Shown one piece after another: positions 38,606 through 48,355 of a stretch of DNA of 64,000 bases. This DNA is from Chloropicon primus (Eukaryota), in contig CP060763.1 in the NCBI GenBank assembly GCA_023205875.1, forward strand, positions 496,001-560,000, written 5' to 3'. The translations under genes were made by a program, and so were the position numbers. The notes below the pieces were generated by a model, which was given only the letters and a program-made list of their open reading frames with translations, was not told the DNA's origin and ran no database searches. Every line of letters begins with the position of its first letter. The first letter of the stretch is position 1.

Positions 38606-39841
38606 ATGCCCAAGGGGGTGTTCATTGACAAGCGCCTCAAGAAGCGACGACGCGCCAGCAGTTCAAGACGGAGCGCGACCATGCCCAAGGGGGTGTGCAT
38701 TAACAAGCGCCGCAGCAAGAAGAAGCCGTACGGAGTGCGTATCGGTCGCAGCTCGCCATACTACGCCACCGTGGCGGAGGCCGTCGCCGCCCTCGAGGCG
38801 TACCGCGCGGGCAAACTCAAGAAGAGGGCGACCGCCCGAGCCGCGCTCGCGGTGAAGCGCGCCCGCGACCTGGCGATCTACGGCCGGAGCTCCGCCACGG
38901 AGCGCGAAGTGGCGCTCGCCCTCGTCGCCAGATGGCAGGCGACCATCCCCGGGAGAACGGCGCTCGTGCTAAACGACGGCACGAAAGCCGACGTGCTCCT
39001 CCGCCTGAGCGAGGAGGACGCGTGGCTGCCGGTGCAGCTCAAGACGACGAGCGGCACCGTGAAGGGTAGCCCGAATACGTGGAACTTCCACAACGTCACC
39101 GGCTACTCGGGGATGTGTGTGGTGTGCTGGCGGTGCGACGTCGGCGATGCGTGGGTGTACAACGGCAACGCGCTGAACGAGCGCGGCAAGCTGGACCTGA
39201 GCGTCACCCCCCGCCGCAAGAACTGTGAGCTCGCGCTCGCGCGTGACCTCAACCTCGACGCGCTCGTGCAATGGCTGAGCGAGCAGGCCCAGGCCCAGGC
39301 CCAGGCCCAGGCCCAGGCCCATCTGTGTCGGTGGACGACCGTCACCGAGCACGCCGCGCGGCACGACTTCGCGTCCGCGGCCCAAGCGCTCGAGATGCGC
39401 GGCATCGACGCGTTCAAGGCGAGCTTCCCAAAGCACCACTACGCCTTCCCCAAGGGACAGAACACCCAAGTCGACCTGCTCAAGGATGCGACGACGCGCC
39501 AGCAGTTCAAGACGGCGCGCGCGGCGTCTAACGGCGCCGCCGGGTTTATGTGCGACCTGCACACCTGCGCCGGGCGTGACGAGGCGGGCAAGCAGCTGAA
39601 AGATCCTTACCCGGCAGGGGCGTTCGACGAGCTAGTGGCGGTGGCGTGGGTGGAAGACAAAGCATACTTTTGGATCATCCCCGCGGCAGAGCTGGAGGCG
39701 AAAGGGTACCTGCAATCGGAGTCGCAGCCTGGGAAGACGTGCCTGAAGCTGCACGCGTCGCAGATTGGCGTGCAGCCGAACCCGCACGCGTGTAGGAAGG
39801 TAGACACGTGGACCCACAAGTACTTCCATTCCGCAGCTTAG
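38606..39841 (+). CDS. Putative mobile endonuclease: AP2-like N-terminus plus two PD-(D/E)XK-type domains (alternative ATG 38681)
   Basis: Motifs E..NDGTKADVLL..VQLKTT and E..QVDLL..QQFKT, plus KGV...KPYGVRI...YYATVAEAVAA. Intronless, with CGC/GCG-rich codon use unlike the host genes. Confidence 0.65.
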   Translation: MPKGVFIDKRLKKRRRASSSRRSATMPKGVCINKRRSKKKPYGVRIGRSSPYYATVAEAVAALEAYRAGKLKKRATARAALAVKRARDLAIYGRSSATEREVALALVARWQATIPGRTALVLNDGTKADVLLRLSEEDAWLPVQLKTTSGTVKGSPNTWNFHNVTGYSGMCVVCWRCDVGDAWVYNGNALNERGKLDLSVTPRRKNCELALARDLNLDALVQWLSEQAQAQAQAQAQAHLCRWTTVTEHAARHDFASAAQALEMRGIDAFKASFPKHHYAFPKGQNTQVDLLKDATTRQQFKTARAASNGAAGFMCDLHTCAGRDEAGKQLKDPYPAGAFDELVAVAWVEDKAYFWIIPAAELEAKGYLQSESQPGKTCLKLHASQIGVQPNPHACRKVDTWTHKYFHSAA

Positions 39842-39991
39842 CTTTCATCATGCTTTTTTTTTCTCGTCTTCTTCATCTTCTCCTCGAGCAACCGATGTCT
39901 CTCTCTGTCTCTCTCCCAATCATATATTTCATATCTTTTTTATATATAGAAACAATACATATATAACACGCCCCCCTCTCTCTCTCCTTGT

Positions 39992-40850
39992 TTAGATGGA
40001 TCGTACCACACCAGGGTCACATCGAGCTTCCCTTCATCTCCGGTTTCAATGCAGTACGAATGAACGTCCCCGGTAGAAATGGCAACGGCGTCCTGCACGA
40101 AAAGCTTGAAGCTGGAATCAAGAGGCAAGCTCCTCTTGAGCAGGACCCTGCCGAAGCCCTGTTCAAAGCTCGGCACCTCGTTCATTGGGTAACCCGCCTC
40201 AGAGTAACCATCTAGCGGTTTTGCCCCGTTCAGCAGGACAGCCTTGATGAGAGCTCCGGAGGGATGCGTGAATTGGCTGACACCATCCACTTTGTGCCTC
40301 CCTTCTGTGAAGTACTGCCTGATCAAAACAGCGGCGCCCGAAACGACCGGCACGGCCATGGAGGTGCCAGACTGCTCCTTGACGTAGCAAGACTTCCTGC
40401 TCAGCAAGGGGACGCCAGCCGACACGAGGTTTCCAGGAGCGAGGATCTCCGGCTTTATCCTCTCGTCGAAGGTGGGGCCAACGGACGAGTACTCCGCGAG
40501 GGTCTCGTACGTCGGAACGTCCGACGCCCCCCCCTGAAAGAGGACTTGCAGGGACTCTCCATCCTCGAATGCATTGATCACCTGCTGTCCATACCGCAAA
40601 GAGATGGAGTACGACGGAATGGTTATGTCGTCACCAGGATCGGTCTTTTTGCCGGCCATGTAATAGAAGCCCTTCTCCTTGTTGTTGTAAATCAGCACCG
40701 CTTTTGCTCCTGCGGTTTGGGCGTTTCGAGCCTTCTCAGTGAATGGGCACATCCCCCTCTCGATGATCACGACCTTGCCCTTCACGTCGTCTGCGTTGTA
40801 AAGAGCGTCGCATGCCTTGAGGGGGGCCAGGAGCAGGCCTTGGGGAGGAT
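39992..40850 (-). pseudogene. Internal fragment of a subtilisin (S8) protease with PA domain
   Basis: PA domain KGKVVIIERGMCPFTEKARNAQTAGAKAVLIYN, then YSSVGPT..RIKPEILAPG, catalytic GTSMA and QGFGR. The catalytic Asp/His half is absent and the sequence is cut after VTLVWYDPS. Confidence 0.88.
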
Positions 40851-41019
40851 GTGGGAGCTCCCTTCTTCTTCCAATAGCAAAGTAAAAGAATGAATGTATA
40901 TATATGTATGTATGTAACGCCGAAATCCGCCTTCAGGGGAGGTCGAGCTCGCGCGCGTACCCGTACGGGTTGGTGGTCTCGAGGGTCTCGAGGGCGCTGG
41001 CCAGGACCAAGGGGGTCGT

Positions 41020-43068
41020 CTTCCAGATGAGCATTCCGGTGTACTTGGTCCACATTCTCGACCCCCAGGCCTCCGCCAGGGCCTTGTACTGTGTGAAGTT
41101 GACGATCTGAGCCCTCTGACAGTACTCGTCCAGATTTTCGGGCTCCCCGTAGCTCAGAATTTTGCTCCGGCCCGAGCTCGTGGTGTACGTGATGTACTTG
41201 TGAAACTCCCAAGACTTGGGGACCACCTCCGTTACGGTTCCATCGGCGTTCTTCACGAACTTTGGTGGGTTCTGATCTCCTGGTTTCGTGAACATCGTGC
41301 GAATCGACTCGGCGCACGGCACGCCGACGGAACCTAGCTCAGGGTTGAAGCCGTAGGGGTAAAACGAGTCTGACCAGAAGTCGCTCTCGTTCTGGATGCC
41401 GTAAGGCCCGTCGCTCCAGTCCCCCCCGCCTTGACCAAAGCCCCCCCACAGGCTGCCGGAGACGTAGGGCCGGGAATCGTCCAGCGAGCCCTTTTCTCCC
41501 ACCAGCGCCCGGAGGCCGTCGTCAAGCTCCTTGCACGGCACCTGTTCGTTCCCCCGCACCAAAGGACCACGGAAGGGTGGTTCCTCAGCTTTTTATCACA
41601 TCGCAGGCGCACTCGAGGAAGAGCTGGTGGTCGAGGGGCCAATCCGGGTTGCTCTCCGGCGAGTCCTTCGTTGCTCCCCGGCCGTCGCAATCCCCGGTGA
41701 TCCAAAACTCGGACCACACCATGATCCCAAAGAAGTCGCACGCCTCGTAGAACTCGGCGTAGGGCACGCCGGCCCCGCCCCAAAGCCTGATCATGTTCAA
41801 GCCCATCTCGGCGTGATGCCGAACCTCCGTCCAGCACCTCTCCCTGTCGCACCTGAGCATTGCGTCCGGGACGATGTAGTTGCCCCCTGACGAAGATGGG
41901 CACTCCGTTGACCGTGAACTGCCTCGAGCGGGTCCTGGGATCGATCGCGGACTCCAGGGACCGAAATCCAAAGGTCGTGCTCACTTGGTGCGAGACTTCG
42001 CTCGGGGTCTGCGCCAACGACACGGACACCCGCAACTCGTAGAGGTTCTGCTCGCCGTGCCCAAGCGGGAACCACAGCATCGGGTCCTCGAAGCTCTGCT
42101 GTCCCAAGTCGAACTCCCCGCCACCTGCCTCGCGCCCAGCTCCACGGTTTTGGCCCACTGCTGGCCCTCGCGGGGTCCCCTCGCGCCGCGGCCGCGGCTT
42201 TGTCCCCTCGGTCGCGCCGAAGCCCTGATGACCACGCGAACGGTCTCTTGGGAAAGGTTTCGGCAGCCCACCGTTAACCTCGCCTGGGCCCCCGACTCCG
42301 CACCCTTCCGGAACGTCACTCGGACGCGGGGTCGGACAGCAAAGCCGGGCCGGACATCTGAAGGCGGACGGAGCCCCACAGCCCGGTGTTCCTGTCCGGC
42401 ATCGGCTGGATCCAGTCCCAACCCTCCACGTACTGGCTGGTCACGTCCTTGGCTATCATGTGGTCCCCCCTGGCCACCGAGGTCCACGCAGCCCACGTGG
42501 TCCGGTGGCTCCACCAGGATCGCCAGCTCGTTCGCGCTGGTCTCGGCCAGGGCGCTGGCGGGCACCTCCACCACCCGCCTCAGGAACATGCCCTTCGCCC
42601 CCGACAGCAGGCTCACGCCGTTGACGTGCACGGAGACCCCGTAGTTGGCCCCTCCAGGAGGACCTGCACGTACGGCGACGCAGGGGTAGCAGTAGTAGGA
42701 GGAGGGCGCGTCCTCCGAAGGCGGAGGAGGCCGAGCCAGCGCCCGAGCCCGCACGCCTCGCGCCGTCGAGGCGGGCGCGCGCGGATCCTCGGCGTGTCGA
42801 AGCTCGTGCACCACCAGAACGTGTAGTAGTCCCTCCCCGCGTGGAAGACGTCAGGAATGGTCAGGACGTTCTCATCCTTCGCGGGGTCCGGCAGCAGCCC
42901 GTTCTGGACAAGGAGCGCCAGGGCCGTCGACGGCACGGTCGCGGGCAGCCAGCCGGAGGACGAGGACGAGGACGAGGACGAGGTCTCCCGTTGTCGTCGC
43001 GCCCTCCAGGGACCCAGCAACAACTCCTCCTCTGGGTGAGGAGGAGCAGGAGGAGCCGGACGCATCAT
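41020..43068 (-). pseudogene. 5' half of a GH2 mannosylglycoprotein endo-beta-mannosidase (EBM-like), ~7 frameshifts, 3'-truncated
   Basis: Motifs spread over several frames: YYTFWW, GGQGGDH, YVEGWDWI, LWFPLGHGEQNLY, GLNMIRLWGG, EFWITGD, LRNHPS, GNEQ, FNPELGSVG and KYTGMLIWKT. After that comes an unrelated tail. Confidence 0.88.
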
Positions 43069-43382
43069 GGCCCTCCCTTTTTTCTGATTCTGATGTGAAG
43101 CAGATCCGGAGTGCCCGCTTTTGCCGCGATCAAAGACAGAAGAGGCGGACGAGGTCGAGGAGTTTGTGTGCGATCGCGGCGTCCACTCGGCTTGCGCAGG
43201 AGGGAAGGGAGCGGAAAGAGGTCGGAAGAATTGTCTCGCCCCCTTCGATCGATTGATCGATCGATCGATCTTGGAAGCTGCGCGGCGGAGGCGGAGGAAA
43301 ACTCGGGAGGGGAGGAGGACAAGGGAACAAGGGTGGGTGTGGGTGGGTGCGATCGATCGATCGCCAGGAGCGGCCGTGATCG

Positions 43383-46300
43383 ATGAGCGGCGCCCGGTTC
43401 GAGGCGTCTTGCTTTAGGCAGGCGCCGGGACTCCGGGGCACGCCGCGTGACGACGGTTGCGGCGAGAGGGAAGGGGCGAGGCGCCAGCAGCAGACGTGCT
43501 ACTTGGGCGTCTTCAAGATCGGGTCGAAGGAGTTCTCCCTGCACCGGTGGGAGGAGAAGCTCTTGGATCGCGGAGAGCTTGGATGCAGGAAGGCGTACTA
43601 CCTCTGCGAAGTTCTCGACATCCTGCGTGCGCCGCCTTCGAGGTGCCCGGGCTTCTTCGTCGCGAGCAACTTGCAGAGGGTGGCCAGAGTGGCGCTGGAC
43701 TTCGTGACGATTACGCAGGACGTGCACTTGCTGGACTCGGCCCTCGAGGTGACCACGACAATCGTCGGCCTGGTGGGGTGCTGCGCTGAGGAGCCCGCCA
43801 CGGAGGTCTTGGGGTTCCTCCTCAAAAGGTACGAGAAAGAAGGAGACACGAACTCTCTCTCTCTCTCTCTCTGTCGCGCCACCCGTCCACTGACTTTGCA
43901 GCGCTGACGTTTCTCGCCCTCTCCCCTCGATCGCACGCGCCCAGGGCCTGGTACAACCTCCAAACGGCCGACGCCGGGGAGAGCAACAGGACGACAGTGC
44001 TGATGAAACTCTGCAAGTGCTTGATGAGCGCGTTGGCGCGAAAGGATCCCCTGGGGATCGTGCTGGCGACCCAGGCGGCCTCCCAGAACGCCACCTTCGT
44101 CGTGAAGATCTTAGACAGCCTGGTGGATCGCAGCGCCTCGGCAACCTTTGTGGAAACGGCCCTCGCCGTTCTGCGCCACTTGTGGGACTGCCACACGCAG
44201 TACTCTGGAGCTTCCTTTCTCAAGTCATTCCTCTACGAGCACGCGTCCAGAATCCACGCACTGCTTCTGTTGTGCCACCTGACCAAGGAAGCGACCGATA
44301 GCGCGAAGGTCCTCTGCTCGGATTTCGTCTTGGACCTCCTCGAGCAGAGTCCGCTCAAGTTTGATCTGGACCACGTGCCCGAGATCGCCCACGCCGCGGG
44401 GTTCGGCTACGACTACAACAGGGGATCGTCCACCTGGGACTTGCTCCTTTTGGTGACGAAGGATGCCCTCCTGCACCCCGAGGCAAAACTCTCCTCAAAC
44501 GGAATGAGGCTTGCCCAGTTCGTGGTCGGCACTGTCGCCCAGGATCAGGGCAGGAGGTCGGTCGACAAGGATTTCTTGGACCACGTCATCAACGTCGTTC
44601 GTGGGCAGGCCCTGGCCTGGTCCAAGGGAGACAGCGCAAGGAATCAGAATCTCAAGGATGTGGCGGGCATCGCGTCAATAGGCACGCTGCATGACATCTG
44701 CTCCTTTTGCATGACACCGTCGGTCGCTACCGACCCGTGCCTTCACAGGGCCATCGACGCGTGCATTCTTTGGCTCCGCCTTGATGTGGGGGACTTCTTC
44801 GATGCGAGCCTCTCTCTGCAGCTTTACGAAATCGTGCTGGTCTGCTTGGGCAAGATGGCGCACCCCCTGCAACCCAGCTCACTACGGGGGCTGCTGGACG
44901 TCGCGGAAGGAACAGTGATGAGCCCGACGGAAAACGAGACGACTCAGCTTGCGAAGAGCAAAGCCATTTTGGGGATCTTTGACGGAGTGCTAAACATGAT
45001 CTCGGTGGGCTGCAAAGGCGAGGAAATCGTGCTTTCCCGGGGCGAGGGCGACGACGGGACCCGAGGAGACCAAATTTTGCCTCACATTTGCAACTTGATG
45101 CTGTCCGTGCTCGGTCAGTTCGCGAACGAGAGATTGCCCGCGAGTCAAAATTCTTACTCGGCTTCACAGGATGATACGATTGTGCAGTGCCTCGTTTCTG
45201 GAATGTCAGCTTTGGGCACCATGCACAAACTCTGTTGCAGGATCATGGCAACCCCCGGAGCGCCGGATGTTGGCCCGTGCCTTGAGGCCGTGCTCTCTGG
45301 ATTCGACGAGCTCTTGGTCCCCCTGCTTCAGCCGTACATGTGCAGCAACCACGGTGGCGGTGCTCTGGCGATGGACTTTGCGTTTGCCGTATTGGGACTC
45401 TTTGATGGTGCGCGAGAGGAGAGGAAGCACACCCCGGCGCACTTGAAGTCCCTCTCCTTCAAGATCTTTACATCGAATCTGATCTTTCTGCTCTTAGGCT
45501 TGCCCCCCCTGCGAGATGACACGAAGGGTGCGATCGCGATGCTGATTTCTCAGCTGGTTCAAGCAGTCACCGGCACGTACCTGACAGGGAGGGGCTTCGC
45601 AGCACATCTCTCTCAGTCGCAAACACCTCTGACCACGATGCTTCGAGGGATCCTGGACAAGGAATCCGACCAAACCCTTTGCGGGACGCTGGAAGACGGC
45701 CTGGCACTCATTACCTGTGTGTTGTACCACAAAAGCAACACTGGGGAAGCCAAGGAGCTCGAGAACGTGCTGGTTATGGTGAGGGATACATTAAAATGTC
45801 ACACCAAGATTACCCTGCATTGCAAAGCAATCTTGGGATTTCTTGGCACCGATCTCCACCGGTCGAGCCCCATAGGCACGTTGACACAGGACGAGCTGAG
45901 AAACGCTATGGCCAAAATGACACCAGTCTCTCGGGTTGGACTCCTCGCGTGGCTTTCGAAGCAGAAGCACTACGATTCACAAGACATGGATGCAATCTTG
46001 ATGTGCATCATTGGCATCGCACATTCCGTGCCGTTCGTGAGACTCTTCGAGTATTCGACGACGGACGACCTGGTCCGCCTCGCGAGGGCAACTCTGGGGA
46101 AAGTTCAGATGGAGCACGGGCGCCTGGAGCCCACCAAAATCATGAGCGTCTTGACTTACGTGAGGGAGCTGACAATGATTCCCAACTTCAGGGAGTGCCT
46201 TTTCTCGGAGATGTTTCTTGACCAGGTCCTTGGGATTCTGAAGCTCGTTCAGAGCAAGGAAGAGAAACTGGCGTCGCTCTCCTACAAGGATGACAAAGAC

Positions 46301-47347
46301 TTAATAACGAGGGAAGCCTTCTATCTGGTCTTTGCGTGCCTTGACTCCGATGGCCAGGAAAGTCGGTCGGACAGGTCTGAGAGGTCGTCGTGCTGGCTCC
46401 CCTTTTTGGTTGGAATCCAAGGCATCCTGATACCGAGGGCAAAGGAGGGAGGCGGCGGCGAGCCCACGGATACAGGCCTCCCGCTGTGCTTGCTCGTCAG
46501 CCTGCTCTCCAAGGTCCTCTCAACAAATGAAATGGTCCGGGAACTCCAGCTGCTTGTCAGGTTCTGCCTGAATTCCTCGGCGAAGAGCATGTCAGCGGAC
46601 GAAAGCCCTGATATCCCCCTCCCGAGCGCAATCCTATTTCTGGAGAGGGTTGCCAGCATCGAGAAGGAGCGCATCGAGAATCACGAGAGATCCGAGCAGG
46701 GGCTCTTGGAGCAGACGCAGGCGCCTGGCAATGGAGAGCGCGCTGCAGACGACATCTGGTGCTCCTTTGAGTTCGTAAAGTCCATTTCCTCGATAGCCGC
46801 TCTGACCCAAAACACCAGGCTCGGTGGGTACCACCGGGAGCTGCTGAGCTTGACCTCGTCTCTCTTTGCGATCTGGTCCTTCAGGAGGACCAACAAGATC
46901 GAAGAAGCGGTCCTATCCTTGAGCGACGAGGTGGTCTCAAACATTTTCTCCTTTTTGTGCTTTGCGCACGGCAGGGTAAGCAAGCCGGGCGGGGGCCTGC
47001 CCGACAAGCTCATGGCACTGGAATGCATCTACAACCTCGTGTCCACGAATGTTATCCATAAAAGTGTCAGGATTAAGCTGCTTTACTATCCCTGGAACGA
47101 GCCGGTGTTCCAAGGCGCGGTTTCCTTCTACAACGGCTGGCCGGGGTCCATGGCGTTCAGCCTCTGCCGGACGCTTCTGTGCATTCTGAGGGTCTACAAC
47201 ACAATCGGTCTGCCCAAGCCCCCGCCCTGGCTCAGGAGGTTCATTTTCCGCAACCACCACTTGATGATGATCGCGATCAACAACTTGGAGGATAAGGGGG
47301 AAACACAGTCCTTCACAGAGACGCTCGCGGAGCTAACCAGGCAATGA
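43383..47347 (+). CDS. Large alpha-helical (ARM-like) protein, possible MEI1/PRD1 meiotic DSB factor; exons 43383-43828 and 43945-47347
   Basis: The GT donor at 43829 and CAG acceptor ending at 43944 join the two ORFs in frame. The product is Leu/Cys-rich and ~1280 aa; the MEI1/PRD1 resemblance is weak (size, C-terminal PWN motif). Confidence 0.6.
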
Positions 47348-47405
47348 CGCCAGTATTGTTGGCGCGGGTGGGTGTGGATTGAATTAAGACAACCGTATCT
47401 TCTTC

Positions 47406-48305
47406 TCAAGCCCTCTTGCACCTCTGACTGAACCAGCGCTCGAGCCCCTCCCTCTGGTTCGCGTTCAGACCGACCCTTGGCCTTCTTCTCTTGATCATCG
47501 CCTGAGCCTCGTCGATGGAGGAAGCCTTCCCCTCGCTGATGAGAATGGCGCAAAGCATAGCGGCGCTCCTCCCGTGGCCGTGCGCGCAGTGAACCAGCAC
47601 CGGCCGATCCGAACCCCTCCTCTGCTCCTTCGCGAAGGCAACGCCCTCTTCGTAGGACTCCACGGACGGGCTCTGCGTGTCCCAGGTCGCGCAGCACAGG
47701 TACGGGTTCCGGTGCCTCCTCGGAAGCTCGCAGGTGCAGTCCACCACGGCGCAGTCGCTCGCCGGAAGGCTCTCCTGTGCGTTCGGCCAGCCTCCGATGT
47801 AATAGTTGTCGACGATATGGTCGTACAGTGGCTCGGTTCCCTATCACGCCATCACGCATACACGCACACGAGGACAAGAGGCAGGCGTTAGGATTAGGAC
47901 ACACACACACACACACACACACACAATTCCTGAGGAGGAGAGGGGAGGGGGCAGCGCAATACGTTGTTGAGTTTGATGACTTACGAGCTGCCTCCTGTAC
48001 AAGAGCTTGAGCCTTATGGCACACTGGAAGGGCAGGAAAGCGAGCTGGTTCGCTATGCCGAGGGACCCCTTCGCCGTCTTCCCGAAGAGGCTGACTGTCC
48101 GAGCACATAAGGCTTTGGTACTCGCAATCGCCACGACGAAACCACTCAAAGCCGTGTGGTAGAGAGCGGCTTGGGCGAACCTGGGTAGGCGACCTCGAGA
48201 GGCGAGGAGGACGAGCCCGGGGAGCGTCGCTGCAGCCGCTACAACCTGCGCGTGCGTCGGCTTCCTCCTCCTCTTCTTCTCCTTCACCTTGACAGAAGAC
48301 GCCAT
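47406..48305 (-). CDS. Dual-specificity phosphatase-like protein (YnbD-like); exons 48305-47985 and 47840-47406
   Basis: CX5R motif VHCAHGHGRS; YIGGWP and DCTCELPR follow the in-frame splice. Confidence 0.9.
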
Positions 48306-48355
48306 GGATTATCCAGATTGAGATTACGATTACGATGAAATTAAACGCTTTCACT

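Larger units (their letters stand above)
36780..43070. mobile_element. Candidate composite insertion: mosaic of captured gene fragments around an endonuclease gene
   Basis: Abrupt junctions between unrelated truncated coding segments; the only intact ORF is a foreign-looking nuclease; imperfect flanking direct repeat CCCTCYCT6-7CTG. Confidence 0.5.

Noticed and set aside
41020..43068. Programmed frameshifting or RNA editing to express the GH2
   Set aside because: There are too many shifts and the gene is truncated; homopolymer error or decay is simpler.
36780..43070. Canonical Helitron, MULE or LTR element
   Set aside because: No RepHel, DDE transposase or RT sequence, and no TIRs, LTRs or hairpin-CTRR end could be identified by eye.
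43245..43385. (GATC)n runs in the promoter
   Set aside because: Simple tetranucleotide microsatellite; similar CGATT runs occur at ~10344-10369.
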